38,084 nt of DNA from Bacteroidota bacterium (GCA_947459115.1 CANHCC010000003.1:1-38084), one strand, 5' to 3'; shown: positions 9,682 through 20,087, numbered from the stretch's first letter. The notes: a model not told the origin generated them from the letters alone. Numbers and translations: made by a program.

Positions 9682-10368
9682 ATGTCAAACATCGCATTAA
9701 AGGCCTCGCATATTGATAAATACTTTCACGATCCATATAAGGTACAAGCCTTGAGAGACATCGAAATCGAAGTACTAAAAGGTGAATTCGTATCTATTAC
9801 AGGGAAATCAGGATGTGGCAAATCTACCTTGCTATATATTGTTTCCACAATGGATACAGATTATACGGGAGAATTATGGATTGACAACAGTTGTATGACA
9901 GGTAAATCTGAACCGGAATTGGCCAAAGTCAGAAATGAAAAAATAGGGTTTGTATTTCAATTTCATTATTTACTTAATGAATTTAGCGTGCTAAAAAATG
10001 TAATGCTTCCGGGGATGAAATTACATCCGGAAAATAAATTGGAAATAGAGTCCAGAGCGGTAGAATTATTGAAATTATTAAAAATTGAACATTTGGCGCT
10101 TAAACGCGCTAACTTAATTTCTGGCGGGGAAAAGCAAAGGGTTGCGATTGCAAGAGCATTAATTAACAATCCAATTATAATAATGGGGGACGAGCCTACC
10201 GGTAATTTAGACAAAAAGAATTCAGATATTGTATTGGAAATATTCCATCAGTTATCAGAGGAATTAAATAAAACCCTTTTGATTGTTACCCATGACTTAA
10301 ATTTTGCCAGACAGACGCACCGAAACATCTATATGGAAGATGGAAGAATTATAGATAATCCATTTTAA
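9682..10368 (+). CDS. ABC transporter ATP-binding protein (LolD/MacB-like)
   Basis: Walker A GKSGCGKST, GFVFQFHYL, signature ISGGEKQRVAIARAL, DEPTGNLD and VTHD. Confidence 0.95.
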   Translation: MSNIALKASHIDKYFHDPYKVQALRDIEIEVLKGEFVSITGKSGCGKSTLLYIVSTMDTDYTGELWIDNSCMTGKSEPELAKVRNEKIGFVFQFHYLLNEFSVLKNVMLPGMKLHPENKLEIESRAVELLKLLKIEHLALKRANLISGGEKQRVAIARALINNPIIIMGDEPTGNLDKKNSDIVLEIFHQLSEELNKTLLIVTHDLNFARQTHRNIYMEDGRIIDNPF

Positions 10369-10437
10369 CTTTTAACGACCCTCAACATAGACGCATATCG
10401 AGAAGAGCAAATGCGAAAATATGGACGGATACCCTAA

Positions 10438-10833
10438 TTAAACCAATGCCTCTGCAATTCGCTTTGCCATTTCACTTAACTCCTCCTCCGACCAACTACG
10501 CCTGGATTTACCAAAATCCATATCTGTAACACGGTCAATCGGAATCAAATGTATATGAGCATGCGGAACCTCCAGTCCTATCACACTGACCCCAATTTTA
10601 GTACAGGGCACAACCTTTTTTATGGCCTGTGCAACATACTTTGAAAAAAGATGAAGACCCATCAGACTTTCATCATCCATATCAAAGATATAATCCACTT
10701 CCTTCTTGGGAATGACCAATGTATGACCCGGTGCAAGAGGCTGAATATCCAGAAATGCGAGATAATCATTTGTTTCTGCCACTTTATGGCAGGGAATTTC
10801 TCCTGAAAGGATTTTTGAAAAAACAGAAGCCAT
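10438..10833 (-). CDS. HIT family hydrolase
   Basis: AFLDIQP, GHTLVIPK and the histidine triad VPHAHIHLIP. Confidence 0.95.
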   Translation of the reverse strand: MASVFSKILSGEIPCHKVAETNDYLAFLDIQPLAPGHTLVIPKKEVDYIFDMDDESLMGLHLFSKYVAQAIKKVVPCTKIGVSVIGLEVPHAHIHLIPIDRVTDMDFGKSRRSWSEEELSEMAKRIAEALV

Positions 10834-10835
10834 GA

Positions 10836-11309
10836 TTATCTGCCGATATGTAAAATTTCAAATTTTAATACCCCGGCCGGCACTTTAATTTCAACCACCT
10901 CACCAACCGACTTGCCCAAAAGCCCCTTGCCTATTGGACTGTCCACAGATATCTTACCTTCCTTTAAGTTGGCCTCTTTCTCAGAAACCAGGGTATAAGT
11001 GACCTCTGATTTGTTATTAAGATTCTTCAATTTCACTTTTGCCAAAACAGTGATTTTACTCAAGTCCACATTAGACTCATCAATCAACCTGGCATTGGCT
11101 AGTAAATCTTCCAATTTGGAAATGCGTAATTCATGCATGCCCTGAGCCTCTCTTGCTGCATCATATTCAGCATTCTCAGATAAATCGCCTTTCTCTCGCG
11201 CTTCTGCGATAGCATGTGCAATGTCCGCCCTGCCTTTGGTCTTTAATTCCTGTAATTCGGCCTTTAACTTTTCTAGCCCTTCTTTTGTGAAATAAGATAT
11301 ATCTGCCAT
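10836..11309 (-). CDS. greA: Transcription elongation factor GreA
   Basis: AREKGDLSENAEYDAA and ISVDSPIGKGLLG; start re-set to MADISY (ATG at 11309). Confidence 0.97.
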   Translation of the reverse strand: MADISYFTKEGLEKLKAELQELKTKGRADIAHAIAEAREKGDLSENAEYDAAREAQGMHELRISKLEDLLANARLIDESNVDLSKITVLAKVKLKNLNNKSEVTYTLVSEKEANLKEGKISVDSPIGKGLLGKSVGEVVEIKVPAGVLKFEILHIGR

Positions 11310-11333
11310 AATCTGTTTCCTGTCAAAATTGAT

Positions 11334-11374
11334 AAAACAAAAAGGTTGACAGCCACAGGTGACTGACAACCTTT
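11334..11374 (-). terminator. Hairpin plus U-tract between the PorV-like gene and greA (operon terminator and/or greA attenuator)
   Basis: Minus strand AAAGGTTG-T-CAGTCAC-CT-GTGGCTG-T-CAACCTTT followed by TTGTTTT. Confidence 0.7.
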
Positions 11375-11382
11375 AATATGTA

Positions 11383-11414
11383 CAAAATTACTACTTTAAA
11401 AATTACAAATCAAT
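11383..11414 (-). promoter_or_regulatory. Putative greA promoter (ATTG-N20-TAATTTTG)
   Basis: Bacteroidota -7 consensus at 11383-11390 and TTG-type -33 element at 11411-11414. Confidence 0.55.
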
Positions 11415-12524
11415 GCGCAATCCGATGTTGTGGGTACCGGAGAAGGGATTGCTGGTACGGTAGGCGTAATCCACTGCAAACTTGGAATTCTGGTCTTTTC
11501 CGGATTTAAAAGGAATCTCAAAAGAACAGCCCATTGAAAGACCGGTATGCACATTTATCCTTTCAGCATCTGCAATCCACATGGGCAACTTATCATTAAT
11601 CCACATGTCGGAGAAAATCCCTTTCTCAAACGAATATGCAGATCTCAACATGAAATATTCCCTAAACTTATATTCGAAACCTAACCCTAATTGATCACGA
11701 GAAAAGGTGTGGGAATAGAAAGTACCTAAGGCTGTAAGCGTGTGCTGCTCTGCCAGCTTGAAATCATAACTTACACCCATCGTCAACAAGGAGGGTAATT
11801 CATACTTGGAACCAACCCGACTAACAGCAGAGGAGAATGCATTGCCATTGAGATTAGCCCTCTGTTGCAAACCATCGCCTGAGAACCGCATGGCAGGACC
11901 AATATTTCTAAGGGAAACCCCGATTTTCAATCTGTAATTTTCTGCCTCAATTTCTTCCTTCTTAAATGAAGTACGATACTGAACCCCGGCATCAAAAGCC
12001 AGACCGGTTGCAGAAGCATCTGTAATCGCTTCATGAATCATACGTGTGGTAAAACCGACATTTATTTGATCCGTGAATTGTTTAGCATAAGAGGCCCCGA
12101 TATTCATGAAAGTAGGACTGAAAGTTCCTAAACCGCCGTCAGGATTGTTTTCAGTAGTTCTTTCAATTTCGCCAAAATCAAACGCCATGACAGACAAACC
12201 TATCACGCCACCTTTACGCGTAGCCTGTGACAATCCAAAAGAATTGATGTTGATGGCAGATCCTGACAACCAACGCGTATGACTAAAAACGAATTCCGTC
12301 TTTTTCGTGTAGGCAAGACCAGCAGGATTATTAATCGCACTTTCAATCCCATAGGCGTTGGCAACATTCATCCCGTTTACACCGGAACTTCTGGCCCAAG
12401 GATTAATCAGCAACTGGGTGGCACCTGCCTGACCCACACGGTCAGGATTACCTGCAAAACTCAGGCTGAATCCCAACATCAGCCAGCAAATGAGTATCGA
12501 TAGTTTTTTCATTTTCGTGTTCAT
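11403..12524 (-). CDS. PorV/PorQ-family (FadL-like) outer-membrane beta-barrel
   Basis: Signal peptide, GQAGATQLLINPWARSSG, NPAGLA, alternating beta-strand pattern, DYAY and a terminal GLRIDL strand. Start could be 12512. Confidence 0.85.
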   Translation of the reverse strand: MNTKMKKLSILICWLMLGFSLSFAGNPDRVGQAGATQLLINPWARSSGVNGMNVANAYGIESAINNPAGLAYTKKTEFVFSHTRWLSGSAININSFGLSQATRKGGVIGLSVMAFDFGEIERTTENNPDGGLGTFSPTFMNIGASYAKQFTDQINVGFTTRMIHEAITDASATGLAFDAGVQYRTSFKKEEIEAENYRLKIGVSLRNIGPAMRFSGDGLQQRANLNGNAFSSAVSRVGSKYELPSLLTMGVSYDFKLAEQHTLTALGTFYSHTFSRDQLGLGFEYKFREYFMLRSAYSFEKGIFSDMWINDKLPMWIADAERINVHTGLSMGCSFEIPFKSGKDQNSKFAVDYAYRTSNPFSGTHNIGLRIDL

Positions 12525-12540
12525 TCAGTGAATTTCCGGA

Positions 12541-15500
12541 TCAGAATGAGTTCAAGTCAATTTCAGGCATGACAGCAAAGAACTTCACTGTTTTATGCCC
12601 TAATTCAAATCCATCAACATGGATGATATACAAACCACTGGAGATAGGCACCCCTACACTATTTCTCATATCCCATGCCTGGAAGGTTTCAGCACTTTGT
12701 TTGTCATAGGTCCTAACCAAATTTCCGCCCAGGGTATAGATACTAATTTTACAACGCTGTGGAAGGTTGGTGATTTTAACAGTGGACTGCAACTGAGAAT
12801 TCTCATATTGAGAGAATGCATAATATGGATTAGGGACAACTCTAACCAAATCCTTCAAGGACTTTTCAGCAACAGCCTCCTGACCGGTCTCTGCTGCATA
12901 ATTTTGCATGTTAATGATGTAAGCAGGATTTGCATCCGGAGTTGCACCTTTAACAAACTGACGCTTTACTCTCAATGACACACGAGCTTCACATGGCATA
13001 TTAGCAGGATTCTTAAAGCTATACTGAGGCGAGCTTAATACTGGAATGGTTGTCCAGGAAAGGTTTCCATACACATTTGTGATAACCTTATTGCCGTTGA
13101 TAGATCCATTAGTGGCAAGATAACCTGTAAAAGGGGCAGGAATAACCAGGTTGGAGGCGATTTGTGCGCAAGCATCATAAGGAGTATTACTTACATAGAT
13201 ATAATGATGCCCACCTGCAAGGATTTCCAGGCGATTACCAGAAAGCGTAACCTGCTGACCAGTAGGGTTGAAGAGCATATCATTACCATTCTCAGATGCA
13301 TACCAGCTATTTTCACCAAAGAAGATATTTAGTCTTTCTCCTGTTTGAACATTGTAGGCATAACCGGGGAACCAACTCATACCGGTTGAACCAGATTCAT
13401 TTACCCCATTTTGATCTTTACTTGGCGCCCATCTTGCCAGGAAGCAAGGGGTACCGCTTGCTGCGAGGGCAGTGTTCGGCTGAGTTTCAACTACCACACA
13501 ACGAGACCATTTAGATTTATCCGGAGTTAGGACAATTTCGACATCTTGAAGCGTTGAAAGATTTGCCAAATCTGGAATGGTCACCTGAGAAGTGGTGGGA
13601 CGAAGACCCCACCTTCCATCAGAAGCATTGTAGTTACGGGTCATACCGAAAGGAGCCCAGGTTCCACCTAGTATGCCCTCAAAAAATTCATTAGGATCAT
13701 ACAAGCGATTAATTTGATAAGCACCCGAAGCGTTATCGGCCTGAGGATTCAAACCAGAACCAGTTCTATTCCCGGACAAAATCCAGTTAAAGGGAGAATC
13801 ATCTACATCCTGCAACCCTGTTAACCAAGGCTTAGAAGGATCAGAGAACGACAACCTTCCATCGATCAAACCATTGGTTTCATCAGCGGAATCTCCGGGA
13901 TTGGAAACCTGGCGTACCGCAATAGAAATACCATGACCGGTAATAATTCTTTCGGAACCCATTAACGGCATCGGACGAAACTCTTTAGTCAAGCTATTCC
14001 GGTAATATTCAGACATGAAAATTGGCGTCCAACCTGAACCCGAGTTTTCGTACAATACCCATTCGGCAAAAGTGGTATCGTAACGGGGTGGAACCTGAGA
14101 AATATCATATCGAACGGATAGGACAGAGTCAAATACCATACGAACCATATACTCACTGGCCTTAACATCTTTAGGATTTACCACTTTTACAGAAATCGGG
14201 CCCAAATTCTCACGGAACCTCAAAGCAGATACCGCAGAATTAGCTACAACCAAATTCTCGCTTTCCTGAGTTAATTGAGTAAAATTGCCACTATTGCCAT
14301 TTCCAGCAATGCGAGTAATCTCAGGTCCTAAACCAAACGCACTATTAATCTCCGTTCCAAAATTCTCGAAACTAATTTTGTGTGGAGTAGCGATTGTGTT
14401 AACGAAGTTTCCGTTACCTGGGAGGAATTTCAACCCATCGGAAGTAGTATCATTGTGGGCATAGGCAACAATCCCAAAATAATAATTCTTGTAGTTAATA
14501 AGGTTGTTGTCTGATCCTGAAGCGAATTGATCTTTGGTCACCCTTACAGCACTAAATATCCCTTTATTCTCGCCTTGAACCATGACCTCATCCGTTGTTA
14601 GGAAATCCCCACTTCCCGGAACAGGGGTCTGATATCTATTGATGATAGTGGATACATTATCAATAATATCACACTGTGCAATCAAGCGCGCCTTATCCGG
14701 ATCTCTCAATTGATCTGCTGTAACTGTTGGGTCTTTTAATTGATACAACATGTACCCTTGGAACTGAAAGATAGAATCAGGAACTAAGGCTGCACTCAGA
14801 GTAGGATCTACCTGAGCATAGGATTCATTAAAATTGTTAGATGGAAAATTCTTGTCATATTTCCATGAGATTAACAATTCCTGATCGTATTCATCGATTT
14901 TCAAGATTGGAGCATCCGGACCGGTCAACAATTGGAAATTAGCATCAAACAAAGCTTGAGCAATATCATCTGCCTTTAAGACCTCACAGACAGAACCAAA
15001 TTGATCATCATAATATCCTCTTGCCCAAACAACACCTGTAATAATCTCATTTTCTGCACCTGGCACCAAAGTGAAGGGGCCGGCGGATTGCAATAGACGA
15101 CGGTCAAATGGCGTGTTGTTGGCAGACTTTTCATTCCAACCAAATGTATTAGCGAAATTACAGGAGGCAGAATTTCCCGGATATCCATAATACATATAGT
15201 CAGTAGCCGGACCTGCAGCAGTTGCAGGGAAACCATTTCTGCCATTGTCCACCATTCTGGAGCCATCTTTCCATCGTCCGATCAGGTAATTGTAAAAATG
15301 AATCGCCTTTTCAGGATTTCCTCTCAAAGAAAAATCATTTTCGTAGTAAATAAATTTCTTCATTCCAAGACGATTTCCGTCATCCCCAACAGGACCTTGG
15401 AAGAAGTCAACCCCTAATGCCGGCGGATTAAGACCGTAACCGGTTGCGGTTTCATCATCTGAATCTCCGTTGTAAGCGTAACCCAAACCTCTTATCGTAT

Positions 15501-16404
15501 CACAGCCGACATAGTCATCTGCATAATTACCGACATCAATATCTGCCCAAGCTCCCATGTAGGTGTCAAACAAAGTATTGTTGGAACGATTGATAACTTT
15601 TTGGGAATAAAATGTCATATTATTGATGGCATTTGCAGTTGCAAAACCAAAGGCCATCATCTGAATTTCTATACCAATAGCCTCACCACCGGTTGCAGTA
15701 TGCACATTCCCTTTGTCGTTAATGACCCACCAGATAGCCTGATCCCCTTTGATTTTGGGATAATCCCCTGCATTGGGATTATAAGTATTGTCACCATCGG
15801 TATCTACGAAAGGCGCTAAATAGAAGGATGTACCGGCATCACCGTGCGCTGGCCAGGTTTGTACCACAGGATACTTGGAAAAATCTACAGTACCTCTGGC
15901 AAAATCTGAACGGAATAAATCAATTTCAGCACGGGTAATTTTATAGTGCTTATCCCATTTAACACAAGTTGCCTCATCAACAGAAGCTCCGTTCAGGGTA
16001 AGAGGTCCAGGCCAAAAGTCATTCCCATCCTGACGATAGGTTTGAGCTGCTATTCTTAACTGGTTACTTGCATCAATTCCTCCGATCCACAAAGAAGCTG
16101 CGAAAGAAGAATATCTTCTCAATGAAGGATTCCCATCAATCTTAGGCACTTCGTAGCGAGGATTAGCATTCAAATCCCACCACATATCTCCTCCGTTCAA
16201 GAGCAAAGCCCGAACATTGTTTACATCCAGGTTCACAGAAGAAGTGGAAGGGAAACAGGTACTGGCAGTTCTTAAAGCACTACCTGAGGCTTGTCCATTA
16301 TTCTGTTTCGGTACGAACCCCTGAATTTCCCTCGCAACTCCGGAGAGTGACAGGAAGGTAAGGGCAACGAGCAGTAATAACTTGTTATTCATATATCTTA
16401 ACAT
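12541..16404 (-). CDS. Large secreted protein (1287 aa) with a T9SS-type C-terminal sorting (Ig-like) domain
   Basis: Signal peptide; LDVNNVRA..GDMWWD..LWIGG N-terminal region; DxDGD Ca-binding-like loops; C-terminal VVPNPY...ITNLP..ISIYTLGGNLVR...WD...ISSGLYIIHV. Confidence 0.8.
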   Translation of the reverse strand: MLRYMNNKLLLLVALTFLSLSGVAREIQGFVPKQNNGQASGSALRTASTCFPSTSSVNLDVNNVRALLLNGGDMWWDLNANPRYEVPKIDGNPSLRRYSSFAASLWIGGIDASNQLRIAAQTYRQDGNDFWPGPLTLNGASVDEATCVKWDKHYKITRAEIDLFRSDFARGTVDFSKYPVVQTWPAHGDAGTSFYLAPFVDTDGDNTYNPNAGDYPKIKGDQAIWWVINDKGNVHTATGGEAIGIEIQMMAFGFATANAINNMTFYSQKVINRSNNTLFDTYMGAWADIDVGNYADDYVGCDTIRGLGYAYNGDSDDETATGYGLNPPALGVDFFQGPVGDDGNRLGMKKFIYYENDFSLRGNPEKAIHFYNYLIGRWKDGSRMVDNGRNGFPATAAGPATDYMYYGYPGNSASCNFANTFGWNEKSANNTPFDRRLLQSAGPFTLVPGAENEIITGVVWARGYYDDQFGSVCEVLKADDIAQALFDANFQLLTGPDAPILKIDEYDQELLISWKYDKNFPSNNFNESYAQVDPTLSAALVPDSIFQFQGYMLYQLKDPTVTADQLRDPDKARLIAQCDIIDNVSTIINRYQTPVPGSGDFLTTDEVMVQGENKGIFSAVRVTKDQFASGSDNNLINYKNYYFGIVAYAHNDTTSDGLKFLPGNGNFVNTIATPHKISFENFGTEINSAFGLGPEITRIAGNGNSGNFTQLTQESENLVVANSAVSALRFRENLGPISVKVVNPKDVKASEYMVRMVFDSVLSVRYDISQVPPRYDTTFAEWVLYENSGSGWTPIFMSEYYRNSLTKEFRPMPLMGSERIITGHGISIAVRQVSNPGDSADETNGLIDGRLSFSDPSKPWLTGLQDVDDSPFNWILSGNRTGSGLNPQADNASGAYQINRLYDPNEFFEGILGGTWAPFGMTRNYNASDGRWGLRPTTSQVTIPDLANLSTLQDVEIVLTPDKSKWSRCVVVETQPNTALAASGTPCFLARWAPSKDQNGVNESGSTGMSWFPGYAYNVQTGERLNIFFGENSWYASENGNDMLFNPTGQQVTLSGNRLEILAGGHHYIYVSNTPYDACAQIASNLVIPAPFTGYLATNGSINGNKVITNVYGNLSWTTIPVLSSPQYSFKNPANMPCEARVSLRVKRQFVKGATPDANPAYIINMQNYAAETGQEAVAEKSLKDLVRVVPNPYYAFSQYENSQLQSTVKITNLPQRCKISIYTLGGNLVRTYDKQSAETFQAWDMRNSVGVPISSGLYIIHVDGFELGHKTVKFFAVMPEIDLNSF

Positions 16405-16421
16405 GACGAATCAGCTATGCA

Positions 16422-19400
16422 TTAAAAGTTAAAGGAACATCCCAAACGCAGACGACGCGGAATACTGAAGTTTCCAGGATTCTGAGCTTTGATTTGGTAC
16501 AATTGGGTAAAAGCAACCGGATCGATTTGAGCAGCGGTCTGCTGACGACCCTGATTGGTATTCAGATAACCATCATCATCCGGTAATCCGGAAGTACGAT
16601 AAACACTAAGGATATTTTGAGTATCAAAAATATTCAATACCAACAGGAAGATATTTAGAGAATATTCACGCTTGTTGTACATAACGCCATCCGGGCCTTT
16701 TGCAGACTTGCCTCCAAAGGTAAAGTCCTTATCTAAACGAAGGTCACAACGAATTTGGAAAGGCGTGCGACTTCCGTTCGGCGTACCAGCCAACTGAATA
16801 CTCTGGTTAATACCAAACTGAACATCCGCAGAGTTGGCCAGACTGTTTCGGGAATATGGCGTACCAGATCCTAACAAGAAGGTAAAGTTAGCACCGGCAT
16901 CTTTAAAGGGATATTTCCCGAAAATTTTTGGACCGAATTTATTGGCGGCTGAAATATAACGGTAATCCGCAATGGCACGGAACTGATGTCTTTGATCAAA
17001 ATCCAATGGTAACAAGACACGAATGGCACTGAAACCATCCACATTGTTACTGGCATTACGATTGGAGGTAAAGCTTGAACCTGTACCGCTGGCAAATGAC
17101 ATAGTGTAAGAACCTTTCAATTGCAGATTGTTCATACGACGGAAGTCAATGTCAAAAATGAAACCTTTAACTGTTCCAAAATCCAGGTTGGTAAAGGTTG
17201 TGTAACTAATAGGATAGGCATTAATCAATTGCTGAACCTGAATCATATCCCGCATCTCACGGTAGAAAGAAGAGGCTGTAATACTTGCATTGTTGCTGAT
17301 CTTTTGTTTAAACCCTGCCTCGTACTGAATGTTTTTGGTAGGACGAAGATTTGGATTGTTGATTGCAACGGTAGCACGATTTTGAAGGAATTCATAATCC
17401 GTCAACTGACTTAGAATACCACCTCTCGGACGAGCTGTTAACACATCATAATTTGCAAAGAACAAAGCTTCATCACTGATAGGGAAAGAGAAAGAAATAC
17501 GAGGCATGAAATTCACCTGAGCCTGATAATCTGTCATAGACTCAACACTAAATTGATTGTCTTTAATGACTGGCTGTACACGACCACTTGCAGTTTGCAA
17601 TAGGTTGGAAGAAACAGGTGATCCATTCGCATCGTACCAAATATCCCCGTCACGATATCCCACGATTCTTGCTTCTCCTCCGAAATCTGGAGAGCTTACA
17701 TAAGGAATCCATTCTTTGTCTATGTTGCCGGGTAATTCACCGCCCGGAAACATATTAGGATAAGCGGCCAAAGCCTCTTCCGCATTGTAGGCAGGATACA
17801 ATAAATAACGATCCTTCAATACCAACTGATTGGCATCAAAACGATCTACCCTCAAACCCACATTAAAATAGATATCCTTAAATTCAAATTTGTCTTGAAT
17901 GTAACCAGCTACATAAGTTGGAGCATAAGCATTCAATGGACGATTTTCTTTTTGCTCCTGATCGAAGAATCTTCTGGAGCTTGCATTTTTTACCAGGTTA
18001 CCTTTGTAGTCATAACCATAATAATCTACGTAAGAATTACCATTGTTCCATAATTCATCAGCGGTAAATAAGTTCAGAGAGAAAACGGATGGATTTAATC
18101 CGTCAATATTCAAAAACTCTGTACCGTTGGGGTCTTTACCTAAGGCCTCTCTGAGTTTGCGATCGAAAGAAGATTGATCGGCTTCTACAAAACGACGATT
18201 GAAACGAACTGTATCTTGAAATTCCCCTCCACTATACACAGGGATTGGGTTCGCCGTATCCAATTCGGTAATGTGACGATTTGCCAATTGACGCATATAG
18301 GGCCACAAGCCGGATGCACTCAAAGAATAAGCTCTGTCATAACGCTGGTCAAACTCAAAACCCAATTTAATGTTATGGTTTTTGATTTCAGCGGTTGTCT
18401 GACCGGTCAATCGAATCATTTGCTCATGAGCACGAGAAAAACCGGTAGTTCTGGTACCGGGTGCATTATACAAGGAGTAAATGTTGGCAGGATTATCGCC
18501 ATTTCTTAATCCCCCAATACTTGTTAATTCCACAGAGTTACGAACGGTTGTTCCCTGTTGAGCCAAGTAATTGTAAATAAAATTGTTGTAATTCGCTAAG
18601 ATTGGATTTTGTGTTCCTTCATCACTGTAAACAAATGAAGTATCCTGGAACCCGACAGTTTGCCAGTAAGGGGTATTACTAATTCTTGGATCAGGCGTAT
18701 CATTAAACTGAAATACCTCCGCTTGTTTTAAATCAAATTTACCAAGATAACCATAACTAAAGGTATTATCTCTCCAGTCCCTATCTCCGGAGAAGGCAGT
18801 TCTTAAAGAATAATCTCCCTGAATAGAGTAAAACAGATTTTTAACCAAAGAAGAAGAATCTCCCTGGAAACTTTGATTTAACCTTGCCCAACCACGATAG
18901 GTGTTATCTTCAGTTATGGTAATGGTTTTAGGAGAAAGAATATAACTGTTTTGGCTCCAGTTTTCAAGCGTCGTTCTGTTATAGGTAAACCCAACTTTCA
19001 CCCCTGTATTTTGTGCTGGTTGAAAATCTAATCGGGCATTGGCACGATAAGAATTTACTCGCGCATTGGAACGAGCCTGAACATTTTTAAAATCTCCAGA
19101 CCTCAGAAAGTTTGCATTATTAAGGAAAAAAGAACCATCAGGAGAAACTCTCAATGGATCCTGTTCCAGTTTTTCCAATAATCCATCATTTAATTGAAAG
19201 ATCCCAATCGCTGAAGGACTTGGATCGCCTTGTAATTCAGCCTCAGCGTTTAAGAAATATCCAAGTATGGTTTTCTTGACCCCATTTGACTGCTTTTTAG
19301 ACCAAATCGGACCTGCTAGATTTACCCCTAATAAGTCATAATTGTATTTGTCAAACAGACGACTGGTTTGGGCTTCAAAGCCACCTGATATTTCAGAGCT

Positions 19401-20087
19401 GGGCGCTGCGGTAGAGATGGAGATAACCCCACCTGTTACATCCCCGAATTCTGCAGGCGTACCGGAAGTAACGATATCCATTTGTGCAATTGCTCTCTGA
19501 GGCGGAAGATTTCTTGCACCACGGACACGAACCCCATCCACGAAATATTCTGTTTCCTCCGGACGAGAACCACGAACACTGATACCACGACCTTCGTCCG
19601 ATTGAAACACCCCGGGCGTACTATTCGCTGCGATAGAGATCACATTTCTGGAACCCATTTTTTGGATTTCATCGGCTGTAACCTGACGGCCACCGCGCGT
19701 TTGATCTTTTTCAATGAGCGGAACCTTATATTCTATAACCTCTGTCGTAGCCAATTGAGAGGTAGTAGAAATTTCAATATCAAGGGTTTGTGTACGACCC
19801 GCTGATATCAAAACATCATTAATTTCTACAGATTTACCTGTGTAAGAGGCAACCACCTTGTACTTTCCGGGGGAAAGAGGGGCTATACTGTAATTTCCTT
19901 CAAAGTCGGCTCGGGTTCCGCCTTTGATAATTCCATTTTGCTCAACACGGATGATTGCATCAATGAGCTCCTCTTTTGTGTCTTTGTCTCTGACTTTACC
20001 GCTCAATTTACCAGCATCTGACTGTGCCAACAGCAGTTGTCCGGATAGTGCGAACAAAATGAAAAACCAAAAAGTCCTTAGTAACAT
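16422..20087 (-). CDS. TonB-dependent receptor-like protein with N-terminal carboxypeptidase-regulatory-like domain
   Basis: GKLSGKVRD..G.Y.I..L.PG.Y N-terminal domain; plug motifs VRGSR..YFVDG and G.PAEFG..GGVI; GLRVDRFD, PRISFSFPI, NPNLRP; terminal aromatic residue (FNF). Confidence 0.88.
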   Translation of the reverse strand: MLLRTFWFFILFALSGQLLLAQSDAGKLSGKVRDKDTKEELIDAIIRVEQNGIIKGGTRADFEGNYSIAPLSPGKYKVVASYTGKSVEINDVLISAGRTQTLDIEISTTSQLATTEVIEYKVPLIEKDQTRGGRQVTADEIQKMGSRNVISIAANSTPGVFQSDEGRGISVRGSRPEETEYFVDGVRVRGARNLPPQRAIAQMDIVTSGTPAEFGDVTGGVISISTAAPSSEISGGFEAQTSRLFDKYNYDLLGVNLAGPIWSKKQSNGVKKTILGYFLNAEAELQGDPSPSAIGIFQLNDGLLEKLEQDPLRVSPDGSFFLNNANFLRSGDFKNVQARSNARVNSYRANARLDFQPAQNTGVKVGFTYNRTTLENWSQNSYILSPKTITITEDNTYRGWARLNQSFQGDSSSLVKNLFYSIQGDYSLRTAFSGDRDWRDNTFSYGYLGKFDLKQAEVFQFNDTPDPRISNTPYWQTVGFQDTSFVYSDEGTQNPILANYNNFIYNYLAQQGTTVRNSVELTSIGGLRNGDNPANIYSLYNAPGTRTTGFSRAHEQMIRLTGQTTAEIKNHNIKLGFEFDQRYDRAYSLSASGLWPYMRQLANRHITELDTANPIPVYSGGEFQDTVRFNRRFVEADQSSFDRKLREALGKDPNGTEFLNIDGLNPSVFSLNLFTADELWNNGNSYVDYYGYDYKGNLVKNASSRRFFDQEQKENRPLNAYAPTYVAGYIQDKFEFKDIYFNVGLRVDRFDANQLVLKDRYLLYPAYNAEEALAAYPNMFPGGELPGNIDKEWIPYVSSPDFGGEARIVGYRDGDIWYDANGSPVSSNLLQTASGRVQPVIKDNQFSVESMTDYQAQVNFMPRISFSFPISDEALFFANYDVLTARPRGGILSQLTDYEFLQNRATVAINNPNLRPTKNIQYEAGFKQKISNNASITASSFYREMRDMIQVQQLINAYPISYTTFTNLDFGTVKGFIFDIDFRRMNNLQLKGSYTMSFASGTGSSFTSNRNASNNVDGFSAIRVLLPLDFDQRHQFRAIADYRYISAANKFGPKIFGKYPFKDAGANFTFLLGSGTPYSRNSLANSADVQFGINQSIQLAGTPNGSRTPFQIRCDLRLDKDFTFGGKSAKGPDGVMYNKREYSLNIFLLVLNIFDTQNILSVYRTSGLPDDDGYLNTNQGRQQTAAQIDPVAFTQLYQIKAQNPGNFSIPRRLRLGCSFNF

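Noticed and set aside
7324-10368. Calling the ABC genes lolCDE or macAB
   Set aside because: The adjacent membrane-fusion protein argues against Lol, and the separate ATPase and permease differ from fused MacB. Substrate unknown.
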